DNA from: a virus
Lineage: Duplodnaviria > Heunggongvirae > Uroviricota > Caudoviricetes
Direction: 5' to 3' (one strand)
Virus record (IMG/VR): IMGVR_UViG_3300016476_000987
Length of the DNA: 64,000 nt
Positions within the stretch are counted from its first letter, which is position 1. Each line of letters begins with the position of its first letter. Under the pieces are notes generated by a model. That model searched no databases. It saw nothing but the letters and a program-made list of their open reading frames with translations, and was not told the DNA's origin. This document shows positions 1 to 8,428 of the stretch, in pieces. Both the position numbers and the translations under genes were made by a program.

Positions 1-2
1 AT

Positions 3-632
3 ATTGCTATATGTATGGCAGTTCAATCATTAAATGTAAAAATAAAGCATACAAATCTATTGTGCCATCAATATATATTAGGAGAAAAGTTTTTTACTGT
101 TCACTACACTAACGGTAAAAGGATGTATTTTTCAGATTATATTATAAAACACTACTACAATAACAAACACAATTATAGAAAAATAATTCTAAATTATATT
201 GTAGATTCTTATGGTAATAATTATCCCAACACTTGGAATTTTGATAATGGCATAACACCCAGATGGTACTCTCATACAACAAATCATGAAAACTGGGAGC
301 ACTACGGTCATCTTACTAGATCTAACTATAATGTAGCAACTCAAAATCCTTTTGGTAAAAACTCAATTAATAAACTAGTAATATATAAAACTTTATTTGA
401 TATAGAGATTGAGAGTGAAAAAAACACATTACTTAGTTATATAGATAGTTTAAATTCAAACGGTACTATGTTCTTGTTTTATGAAGAAGAAAACGATAGC
501 ATAAATAATATCATACAGTTTTTATTCTCTAAAAATTTAAAAGTCTGTAAAGGATTGACTGATATAAACTATATTATACCTAGTAATGATATAAATAATG
601 AACAAGGCATTGTAATTCAAATTAAAAAATAA
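3..632 (+). CDS. 5'-truncated ORF, probably the C-terminal part of a glycan-modification protein
   Basis: Frame is open from position 3 (ATT GCT ATA TGT ATG), so the true start is probably outside the window. Its stop overlaps the start of the glycosyltransferase gene. No diagnostic motif; the call rests on context. Confidence 0.35.
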   Translation: MAICMAVQSLNVKIKHTNLLCHQYILGEKFFTVHYTNGKRMYFSDYIIKHYYNNKHNYRKIILNYIVDSYGNNYPNTWNFDNGITPRWYSHTTNHENWEHYGHLTRSNYNVATQNPFGKNSINKLVIYKTLFDIEIESEKNTLLSYIDSLNSNGTMFLFYEEENDSINNIIQFLFSKNLKVCKGLTDINYIIPSNDINNEQGIVIQIKK

Positions 633-2308
633 TGAATAAAAATATTACAATAGTCACTGGTTTATGGGACTTGGGAAGACATGGTTTATCTGAGTCATTT
701 AAGAGGAGCTTTACTGACTACAAACACAGGTTTTTTGAGTTATTAAAGTCTGATGTACAAATGTGCATATGGATACCAAAAAGCTTAGAGGAAGAGGTGT
801 TGAAAATAAGAGAAAATAAGCCTACTAAAATATATTACAAAGAATTAAAAGATTTTGAAAGCTGGAATCCTTTTTTCAAAGAAATACAAGAAATAAGGAA
901 AAACGAAAAATGGAAATCCCAAGTGGGGTGGTTGTACGAGTCTCCCCAGGCTAATCTTGAATACTACAATCCTATGATGTTTACCAAGATGTTTATGGTA
1001 AACGATTCTGCTATACTAAATCCTTTTAATTCAGAATACTTTTTTTGGATAGATGGAGGAATTACAAATACTGTTCATAAAGGATATTTTCAACATGATA
1101 AAGTTTTTGATAATTTAGAAAATTATATTAAAAGTATAGATGATAAGCTTATACAAATTTCATATCCTTATGTAGGATCTGAAGAAGTTCACGGGTTTGA
1201 AAGAGCTGCGTTTGCCAAATATTGTGAAGTAGATTATGTAGATCTTATATCTAGAGGCGGATTTTTTGGAGGAAAAAAAGACTTAATACATGAAATAAAC
1301 TCTCTATATTATGAAGTGATGAAAGACACTTTAGAGAGCGGGTATATGGGCGCAGACGAGTGTTTGTTTACTATATTAGGATATAAGTACTCTGATAAAA
1401 TTCATAGATATAAAATAGACGGAAATGGTCTGATATGGCCTTTTTTTGAGACTTTGAAAGATTTTACTGAAGTAAAGAAACAGCATATTAAAAAAGAGGA
1501 TTCTTCTATTGGGTTATACGTTATAACTTTTAATAGTCCAAAACAATTTAGTACTCTCATAGAATCTATGTTGTCTTATGATAGGTCTTTTCTTGATAAA
1601 ACTAAAAAAATACTCTTAGATAACTCTACGGATCTAAGTACTTCGGAGGAGTATATTAGATTGTGTAAACAATATGATTTTGAGCATATAAAAAAAGACA
1701 ACATAGGCATTTGCGGAGGTAGGCAATATATAGCGGAAGATGCGGAAAATAGAGATTTAGATTATTACTTTTTCTTTGAAGATGACATGTTTTTTTATCC
1801 AGGAGAAGGAGAAGTTTGTAAAAATGGATTTAATAGATATGTTGAAAGTTTGTATGATAAAGTACTAAGTATTATAAAAAAAGAGAAGTTTGATTTCCTA
1901 AAATTATGTTACACTGAGTTTTTTGGAGATAATGGAACTCAATGGGCTTGGTATAATGTACCTCAAAATGTAAGAGACCAATATTGGCCTGAATATCCTA
2001 AATTGCCGGAAAAAGGGACAGATCCTAATGCCCCTAGAACTTTATTTAAGAATATAAAGACGCATAAAGGATTATCTTATGTAAATGGGGACATATATTA
2101 TAGTAATTGGCCTCAGATAGTATCTAAAGAAGGTAATAAAAAGATGTTCTTAGATACCAAATTTGCTCGTCCTTTTGAGCAGACTTGGATGAGTTTTATG
2201 TATCAAGAGACTAAAAAAGGTGTTATTAACCCAGGGCTGTTGTTATTGTCTCCTACTGAGCATAATAGATTTGATCATTATGCCTCAGAAATAAGAAGGG
2301 AAAATTGA
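632..2308 (+). CDS. Two-domain glycosyltransferase: HtrL/WlaTC-like N-terminal domain plus GT-A/GT2-like C-terminal domain
   Basis: N-terminal ITIVTGLWDLGR, YFFWIDGG, RGGFFGG and MGADECLF resemble the HtrL/YibB family. Second half has IGLYVITFNSP, ILLDNSTD, NIGICGGRQ and the DxD-like FFEDDM. Confidence 0.7.
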   Translation: MNKNITIVTGLWDLGRHGLSESFKRSFTDYKHRFFELLKSDVQMCIWIPKSLEEEVLKIRENKPTKIYYKELKDFESWNPFFKEIQEIRKNEKWKSQVGWLYESPQANLEYYNPMMFTKMFMVNDSAILNPFNSEYFFWIDGGITNTVHKGYFQHDKVFDNLENYIKSIDDKLIQISYPYVGSEEVHGFERAAFAKYCEVDYVDLISRGGFFGGKKDLIHEINSLYYEVMKDTLESGYMGADECLFTILGYKYSDKIHRYKIDGNGLIWPFFETLKDFTEVKKQHIKKEDSSIGLYVITFNSPKQFSTLIESMLSYDRSFLDKTKKILLDNSTDLSTSEEYIRLCKQYDFEHIKKDNIGICGGRQYIAEDAENRDLDYYFFFEDDMFFYPGEGEVCKNGFNRYVESLYDKVLSIIKKEKFDFLKLCYTEFFGDNGTQWAWYNVPQNVRDQYWPEYPKLPEKGTDPNAPRTLFKNIKTHKGLSYVNGDIYYSNWPQIVSKEGNKKMFLDTKFARPFEQTWMSFMYQETKKGVINPGLLLLSPTEHNRFDHYASEIRREN

Positions 2309-2316
2309 TATTTATA
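2308..2316 (+). promoter_or_regulatory. Putative late promoter ATATTTATA
   Basis: Recurrent intergenic motif, 4 nt before ATG 2321. Confidence 0.6.
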
Positions 2317-2320
2317 AGAA

Positions 2321-3181
2321 ATGAACTATACTATAAAAATTACTGGTGGGTCGGCTGAAGGGCCTTTCAATGTATATTACGATTCGATAAATTCCAGCAA
2401 CCTTTTAGCTTCTTCAGTTAGTAGACAGTCTTTATTAGACGGGCTTGACGTATATGACGTTCCTTTAGGAGTGTCTTCCATATTGATAGAAAATCTTGAT
2501 CCAGATTGTTTAAATGTTAGTTCATACGTGTTTCCGTCTCCTACTCCAACACCTACTTTAACTGCTACACCTACTTTAACTGCTACACCTACGCTAACAC
2601 TTACTGCCACTGCTACTGTACCTAGTACCCCGACTTTGACTGCTACTCCGACTTTAACAGTTACTGGGACTCCTACTTCTACGCCTACGCTTACAGCATC
2701 TACTCCACAACCTATCGTCTATTTTGATACAGCTTATTCAGGGTTTGACTCAGAGTGCTCAAATGGATCTGGTAGAGGCTATTCTAGACTTACAGGGCCT
2801 GTTGGTACTATAGTACAGCTTACTATGAATCTGACGCATTATATATCTAGTATAGAGCCTTCTTACTTTAAAGCTTGTATATCCGGAGAAACCTATGAGA
2901 CTATCCTGCCATCTGTAAACCCTTCTTTAGGTACTCAACTATTAAGCCCATATACATTTACTTATACAGCTCCTTCTTTGCTGACTACGGCAACAAGTAC
3001 TACGGTAACTATACCTGCTTCGGGATATATAGATTTAGTGGTTATCTATAGAACTAATAATCTTGGAGGAGGGTTCTCTGATGGCCGAGCTACCTTAACA
3101 GTTACTGCTTTAAATGGCACTCCGGTATCCGGAGACTCTATTTTTGCTCTCTATTCTTGTACTAATTTAGGAGACTGTTAA
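2321..3181 (+). CDS. Pro/Thr-rich (mucin-like linker) probable virion protein
   Basis: Central PSPTPTPTLTATPTLTATPT low-complexity tract flanked by beta-rich domains; preceded by the late motif. Confidence 0.5.
   Translation: MNYTIKITGGSAEGPFNVYYDSINSSNLLASSVSRQSLLDGLDVYDVPLGVSSILIENLDPDCLNVSSYVFPSPTPTPTLTATPTLTATPTLTLTATATVPSTPTLTATPTLTVTGTPTSTPTLTASTPQPIVYFDTAYSGFDSECSNGSGRGYSRLTGPVGTIVQLTMNLTHYISSIEPSYFKACISGETYETILPSVNPSLGTQLLSPYTFTYTAPSLLTTATSTTVTIPASGYIDLVVIYRTNNLGGGFSDGRATLTVTALNGTPVSGDSIFALYSCTNLGDC
2539..2710 (+). repeat. Degenerate 18-bp tandem repeat encoding PTLTAT units
   Basis: acctactttaactgctac occurs twice exactly in tandem, followed by diverged copies. Confidence 0.7.
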
Positions 3182-3192
3182 AAGAATAAACT

Positions 3193-3492
3193 ATGCCTAC
3201 ATACGAAAATTTTAAGCTATCCTTCAAAAACGAACACTTAATTATGGAACAAAACATAAAGTGTTCTATCAAGGACTATGAAATGAACTACACCTATAAT
3301 CCGTCTATATATGCGTCCGGAAGTGAAGAAAATATGTTGGCTTTTGCTTCCGGGTCAGATTTCACTCCTTATGCTACTATGGTAGGGATTTATAATGATT
3401 ATAATCAATTATTAGCTGTAGCTAAGTTATCACAACCGCTACCTATTTCTCCCGATACTGATACTAATATATTAATTAGAATAGACGTATAA
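3193..3492 (+). CDS. Small probable virion structural protein (tail-collar/baseplate-like C-terminal motif)
   Basis: PYATMVGIYNDYNQLLAVAKLSQPLP resembles the GLY-x(4)-L-x-A motif of tail-collar fibre-type proteins. Confidence 0.45.
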   Translation: MPTYENFKLSFKNEHLIMEQNIKCSIKDYEMNYTYNPSIYASGSEENMLAFASGSDFTPYATMVGIYNDYNQLLAVAKLSQPLPISPDTDTNILIRIDV

Positions 3493-3887
3493 TGATTAAA
3501 TTGTTAGATATACTATTAGAAGAAATAAAAGATATTCAATATAATCTTCCTAACTTTGAAAATGAGTGGGAAGAGGCTGTAAGGTACCCAGAATTTGTAG
3601 ATATGGGGAAAGAAGGGTGGATAAAAAAGGCCGGGGAAGGGTACTCAATCAAATATAGCCAAATTAAAAAAGTGCTAGGAAATGTAGATCTTAATTTTGA
3701 ATCTCTTGAAAAACCTAAAAAAGAAAGATTTTTAAAATCTTTTTCTGCCGGAAAAGTAGAGATGCCAATTGTGGTTAAGTTTTCAAATAAAGATTATGAT
3801 CTTGTAGCAGGAAATACGAGACTTGCCGGTTTAGTAAATAATAACATAGATCCTAAAATTTGGATTGTCGATTTGTCAAAAAAGTAA
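3492..3887 (+). CDS. ParB/Sulfiredoxin-like domain protein with MIKLLDILLEE leader
   Basis: MPIVVKF...YDLVAGNTRLAGL matches the ParB-N/Srx core (P-I-V-V...L-x-x-G-x-x-R). Confidence 0.6.
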   Translation: MIKLLDILLEEIKDIQYNLPNFENEWEEAVRYPEFVDMGKEGWIKKAGEGYSIKYSQIKKVLGNVDLNFESLEKPKKERFLKSFSAGKVEMPIVVKFSNKDYDLVAGNTRLAGLVNNNIDPKIWIVDLSKK

Positions 3888-3889
3888 TT

Positions 3890-4327
3890 ATGAGCAATTG
3901 GTTATATGAAGAAGTAGAAATAGATTCCGTAGAAAAACTTCCTGAAGGGGTTGTTGCTTTTGTGTATAGAATAACTCGTATTTCCGATGGTAAGTTTTAT
4001 ATCGGAAAAAAGAGCTTGTATTCAGAAAGAACAAAAGCGCTTACCAAAAAAGAACTCTCTGAGCAGACAGATAAAAGGAAGTCTAAAAAGAAGAAAGTAG
4101 TATCAGAAAGCGATTGGAAGACTTATTACGGCTCTGACATTGCTTTGAAAGAGGAAGTTAAGAAGAATGGTGCGGACGGCTTTAAAAGGGAGATTATAAA
4201 GCTTTGCTACAACAAAAAACAGGCTTCTTATCACGAAGTTAGACAGCAAATCCTGCATAATTGCCTAGAATCCGATAATTGTTGGAACGGGCAGATTCTT
4301 GGTAAGTTTTGGAGAAAAGACGTGTAG
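3890..4327 (+). CDS. GIY-YIG-like endonuclease (Seg-like)
   Basis: AFVYRITRISDGKFYIGKK, then SDWKTYYGS and REIIKLC. The ATG at 3890 is more plausible than the track's TTG at 3860. Confidence 0.65.
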   Translation: MSNWLYEEVEIDSVEKLPEGVVAFVYRITRISDGKFYIGKKSLYSERTKALTKKELSEQTDKRKSKKKKVVSESDWKTYYGSDIALKEEVKKNGADGFKREIIKLCYNKKQASYHEVRQQILHNCLESDNCWNGQILGKFWRKDV

Positions 4328-4339
4328 TTCCTATATTTG
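4308..4339 (+). promoter_or_regulatory. Bacteroidota-type housekeeping promoter (-33 TTTG / -7 TAnnTTTG)
   Basis: TTTG 4308-4311, 20-nt spacer, TATATTTG 4332-4339, 4 nt before primase ATG 4344; matches the established TTTG-N19-21-TAnnTTTG consensus. Confidence 0.7.
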
Positions 4340-4343
4340 TGGT

Positions 4344-5285
4344 ATGGAAACCATACTGTCGGGACTGCTTGACCAGGTTTTAGGACCTGGCGAAAATGCT
4401 TCAAAATCGAATAGGAAATACTTCTGTCCTTTTCCAGGATGCTCTTCTGTTTTTAAGAATAAGAAGAAGTTAGAGGTAGATGTTGTCACAAACTCAGAAG
4501 GGCAGAATAAATGGGCATGCTGGGTGTGCGGGAACAAAGGATTGACAATCAGAAGTTTATTCAAAAAAATAGGCGTACCTAAGCATATATATGACAGCCT
4601 AGATGCTTTCTCTATTAAATCCGGAGCTCCTACATCAGACGGCCTGACTTTTTGCACAGGCCTTCCTCCTGATTACAAATTCCTTTTGCATGCCAAACCA
4701 ACTGATATTTTGGCTAAACACGCTGCTCTCTATCTCAAAAAGAGAGGAATAACTAAGCAAGACATCATAAAGTACCAAATAGGATACTGCGAAGACGGGC
4801 CCTATGCAGAAAGAGTGATTATTCCTTCTTATGATAGCACTGGAGCCGTAAACTACTTTGTAGGTAGATCTTTTGACCCTGAAGTTAAGTTTAAGTATAA
4901 GTACCCTGAGAACTCTAGAGATATCATTCCTTTTGAGATGTTTGTGAACTGGGATGTTCCTATTGTACTCTGTGAGGGAGTTTTTGACATGATTGCTATA
5001 AAAAGGAATGTTATTCCTTTATTAGGCAAGACAATTACTCCTACTCTCATGAAAAAATTAACAACTTCTAATATAAAGAAGGTGTATATTGCACTCGATA
5101 ATGACGCTATCAGGATGGCATTACAGCATTGTGAGACGTTGTTATCAATGGGAAAAAAGGTCTTTTTAGTCAGTACAGAGGAAAAAGACGCATCTGAAAT
5201 GGGATTTCACTCTTTTTTAAACCAAATACAACAAACTCCGGAACTAACGCCGGAAAAATTGCTAAAACTCAAAATTTCACTCTAA
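4344..5285 (+). CDS. DNA primase (Zn finger plus TOPRIM)
   Basis: CPFPGC...WACWVC Zn finger, YLKKRGI, RVIIPSYD, YFVGRS, KYKYP, TOPRIM CEGVFD and LDNDA. Start reassigned to ATG 4344. Confidence 0.88.
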   Translation: METILSGLLDQVLGPGENASKSNRKYFCPFPGCSSVFKNKKKLEVDVVTNSEGQNKWACWVCGNKGLTIRSLFKKIGVPKHIYDSLDAFSIKSGAPTSDGLTFCTGLPPDYKFLLHAKPTDILAKHAALYLKKRGITKQDIIKYQIGYCEDGPYAERVIIPSYDSTGAVNYFVGRSFDPEVKFKYKYPENSRDIIPFEMFVNWDVPIVLCEGVFDMIAIKRNVIPLLGKTITPTLMKKLTTSNIKKVYIALDNDAIRMALQHCETLLSMGKKVFLVSTEEKDASEMGFHSFLNQIQQTPELTPEKLLKLKISL

Positions 5286-5833
5286 TGGAACAAACGACAG
5301 AATTCGTCATTAAGCTTGACCAGACTCAGTACAAGACTCCAGACATCACTAAAAAAGGAGCTATTACAGCAGCCTCAAAAATCTACTCCGCTATTATGGA
5401 TGATAGAGAGTCAGCTGTACAAGTAGCAGAGATGTTTAAGTTTGTAGAGGAAACTCAAAAGCAGCTTAAAGAGCTCACAGACGATAATGGAAAGAATAGT
5501 TTTACGGATTTGGTAAGGGAGGAAATTCTCAGTAACTCAGACAATGGGAAGTCTTATACTACCAAATACGGTAATAAGTTTGAGCTTATGGAGGCTGCCG
5601 GTAAGTTTGATTTTTCTGCTTGTGGAGATCCTATTTGGAATGATTTGAATGCTCAAATCGAAAATCTCAAAGTAGCTATGAAAGAAAGGGAGAGTTTTTT
5701 GAAATCTCTCAAAGGTATGACAAAGATGGATATCGTTAATCCTATGACAGCAGAAGTGTATCAGGGAGTTGAATTATACCCTCCTATTAAATCTTCTACT
5801 TCAACTTTCAAACAAACGATGATCAACGGCTAA
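5285..5833 (+). CDS. Hypothetical protein, translationally coupled to primase
   Basis: TAATG overlap with the primase stop; 182 aa; no function recognised. Confidence 0.6.
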   Translation: MEQTTEFVIKLDQTQYKTPDITKKGAITAASKIYSAIMDDRESAVQVAEMFKFVEETQKQLKELTDDNGKNSFTDLVREEILSNSDNGKSYTTKYGNKFELMEAAGKFDFSACGDPIWNDLNAQIENLKVAMKERESFLKSLKGMTKMDIVNPMTAEVYQGVELYPPIKSSTSTFKQTMING

Positions 5834-5839
5834 TATCTG

Positions 5840-5848
5840 ATATTTATA
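5840..5848 (+). promoter_or_regulatory. Putative late promoter ATATTTATA, overlapping an 11-bp inverted repeat
   Basis: Motif 5840-5848; stem 5844-5854 / 5860-5870 includes the A of the ATG. Confidence 0.65.
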
Positions 5849-5869
5849 TAGGTATTTATTACCTATATA

Positions 5870-8026
5870 ATGGAAAGATCATATCCTTGTTATTATCCTG
5901 GAGAGTTTTCTCCTCCTACAAAATACCACTTAAACACGCTCCACTGGTTACTTTCTAAACCGGAGATACATCGTGTTAATGTAGTTCTTGGTGCTGATCA
6001 ATCTGGACAGCTATCTCAAGAACAAAAGGCTAAGTTATGGGAGATGTTGCTTAGGTCTAATTTTGCCCCTCAAGCGGGTATAATTAAATCTAAGCAACAT
6101 GGTCCCATTTCTGAGATATATGAAGCCTTTAATAAAGATAAGAACCTTCCTGCTTATTTAGCAATAGACGAGAAAGGTAGCCGGAATAAAAAACTTCAAG
6201 AGAAGTTTGAAAATTTCCCATACTTCGGCATTCAAATAATACCTTCTCAGTTTCACAAGTCTTCTAAAAATTTATGGACCGCAGCTCAAAACAACGATTT
6301 TGAGGGCGTAAAACAGGAGTTGCCTGGGGATTTCTCAGACGACATGGTAGAGTCTTATATGGAGATTCTTAGGCCTAAAAAACAGGATCCTGAGGCTCCT
6401 AATGAGCAGTCTCCTCTTGTTGATTATAAGAGCCGGTATATGTCGATGTTTAACGATGGGTTCTGGAAGTCTGTATTCCAACCTATGTCTGATGAGGCAC
6501 TTAATGAAGGGGTTATAAAAGATGATATAAAAAAGAAAGCTTTAGAGAAATTTAAAAAAGAAAATCCCAATTTAACAGAAGATCAGATAAAAAGTTACAT
6601 CGACTCTTTTGAAAAAAACATGGAAAAGCCTATTGTAAAAAAGAAGGATATTTTACAATATAATTGGAATGAATTAGAACAGCTTGTAGACGGTAACTTT
6701 GGAACTCAAAATATATCTAAACCCAAATCGGAAGATATAGTAGATTTTAAGGGTTCTGAGGATGTAGTGTATAATGACAATGGATTATTAATATTACTAG
6801 GAGATATTAGAGAAAAATGCATTAGGTATGGTCAAAAATATAGATGGTGTATTTCTAGGCCTGATACTAACAATATGTTCTATTCTTATCGGATGAGAAT
6901 GAACGAGCCTGTATTTTATTTTATATTTGACGAAGATAAAATAGAAAAAGATCCTAATGATAAGTATCATGCTATGGTAATATATGTAAATAACCAAGGA
7001 GAATATACAGTAGCAGATTCCACTAATTCTGGAGATGAAGAAATGTCTTGGGAAGAAATAGTAAAAGTACAACCGAAACTTAAAGATTTAAAAAATTTAA
7101 TAAAACATATACCTCTTACAGCTCAAGAAAAAGCTGATTATAAAAAATATAAAGAAGAAGTAGACGATGAAACATATGAAAAGTTTACTTATGATGAAAA
7201 ATATAAATATATTCAATTTGGCCATGATTTAACAGAAACTCAAGTAAGAAATACTCCAAAAAACCTTATATCTAGATATGTAGCAACAGGGGTAGCCAAA
7301 GACTTTCCTAAAGATATAGAAAAGACTCTTTCTGGGTCTGATCAAAAGTTACTATTTAAAAATAGAAAAACATTTATGGAAAGAGCATTTTCTGACGAGG
7401 ATGAAGACACTATCACTAAATTAACTATATTAAGGTTCTATCCGGAAAAAAAGATAGACACTTTAAAAACAAAGTTTAATTTAAATTTAATTAATAGTAA
7501 ATTAACTACTTTACCTGATAATTTAGAAGTAGGAGGAAGTCTAAGTTTAGCTCAGAGTAAAATAACCACTTTGCCTAATAACTTAAAAGTAGGTGGAAAT
7601 TTAGATTTAAATAATAGTAAAATAACTGAATTACCTAATAACTTAAAAGTAGGGGGAGATTTATACTTAAATGAAACTGAAATAACTATTTTACCTGATA
7701 ATTTAGAAGTAGGAAGAAGTTTAAATTTAAGTAATAGTGAAATAACTACTTTACCTGATAATTTAGAAGTAGGAGGAAGTTTAAATTTATATAATACTAA
7801 AATAACTAATTTGCCTAATAACTTAAAAGTAGGTGGAAATTTAAACTTAAGTGATACTAAAATAACTAATTTGCCCGATAATTTAGAAGTAGGAGGAAGT
7901 TTAGATTTAAATAATACTAAAATAACTAATTTGCCCGATAATTTAGAAGTAGGAGGAAAAATATTTGTTAATAAAGGACAATTAGAAAAAGTACCTAAAA
8001 AATTTGAAAATAAAATAGAATTATAA
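5870..8026 (+). CDS. Three-domain protein: degenerate HIGH-type nucleotidyltransferase-like N-terminus, middle WCIS-motif domain, C-terminal 20-aa LRR-like repeats
   Basis: YPGEFSPPTKYH resembles the (F/Y)-x-G-x-F-x-P-x-H/T-x-G-H signature of cytidylyltransferase-like folds but lacks the Gly. Middle KCIRYGQKYRWCIS. C-terminal (LPDNLEVGGSLxLxxTKIT)n. Confidence 0.6.
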   Translation: MERSYPCYYPGEFSPPTKYHLNTLHWLLSKPEIHRVNVVLGADQSGQLSQEQKAKLWEMLLRSNFAPQAGIIKSKQHGPISEIYEAFNKDKNLPAYLAIDEKGSRNKKLQEKFENFPYFGIQIIPSQFHKSSKNLWTAAQNNDFEGVKQELPGDFSDDMVESYMEILRPKKQDPEAPNEQSPLVDYKSRYMSMFNDGFWKSVFQPMSDEALNEGVIKDDIKKKALEKFKKENPNLTEDQIKSYIDSFEKNMEKPIVKKKDILQYNWNELEQLVDGNFGTQNISKPKSEDIVDFKGSEDVVYNDNGLLILLGDIREKCIRYGQKYRWCISRPDTNNMFYSYRMRMNEPVFYFIFDEDKIEKDPNDKYHAMVIYVNNQGEYTVADSTNSGDEEMSWEEIVKVQPKLKDLKNLIKHIPLTAQEKADYKKYKEEVDDETYEKFTYDEKYKYIQFGHDLTETQVRNTPKNLISRYVATGVAKDFPKDIEKTLSGSDQKLLFKNRKTFMERAFSDEDEDTITKLTILRFYPEKKIDTLKTKFNLNLINSKLTTLPDNLEVGGSLSLAQSKITTLPNNLKVGGNLDLNNSKITELPNNLKVGGDLYLNETEITILPDNLEVGRSLNLSNSEITTLPDNLEVGGSLNLYNTKITNLPNNLKVGGNLNLSDTKITNLPDNLEVGGSLDLNNTKITNLPDNLEVGGKIFVNKGQLEKVPKKFENKIEL
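7501..7960 (+). repeat. About 7.7 tandem 60-bp coding repeats (LRR-like)
   Basis: Exact 60-nt period; two subtypes, cctgataatttagaagtaggaggaagt (PDNLEVGGS) and cctaataacttaaaagtaggtggaaat (PNNLKVGGN). Confidence 0.95.
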
Positions 8027-8056
8027 TAATATAATTAACTAAAAATATACAATATC

Positions 8057-8428
8057 ATGAACGAATTCGGATTATTTATAGGAACTCTACTACAATCTAG
8101 GACTCAAGCCCATATATTTCATTGGCAAGTAATGGGCCCTAGCGCAGATGCTAAACACAGGGCATTTGAAGCTTACTATGATGAAATAGTAGACATTCTT
8201 GATGAATTAGTAGAATCTTATCAAGGTAGGTATGGTGTCTATAAAGGATATCAAATGCCTAATCCTTTAAGAGAAGATGCAAATTATGTTCAATACTTCG
8301 AAGCTCTCTGCAAATTTGTAGAAGGCGTAAGAAAGACCATTCCCCAGGACTCCTATATTCAGAATCAAGTAGATGAAGTAGTGACTCTTATAGAAAAAAC
8401 TAAGTATAAACTTATAAACCTAGGATAA
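8057..8428 (+). CDS. Ferritin/Dps-like four-helix protein (DUF5856-like)
   Basis: TQAHIFHWQ...AKHRAFEAYYDEI...DELVESYQG has the H/E/D spacing of Dps-like ferroxidase helices. Confidence 0.7.
   Translation: MNEFGLFIGTLLQSRTQAHIFHWQVMGPSADAKHRAFEAYYDEIVDILDELVESYQGRYGVYKGYQMPNPLREDANYVQYFEALCKFVEGVRKTIPQDSYIQNQVDEVVTLIEKTKYKLINLG

Noticed and set aside
7501-7960. 60-bp periodic array as a CRISPR array
   Set aside because: In-frame coding repeats with no unique spacers, no leader and no cas genes.
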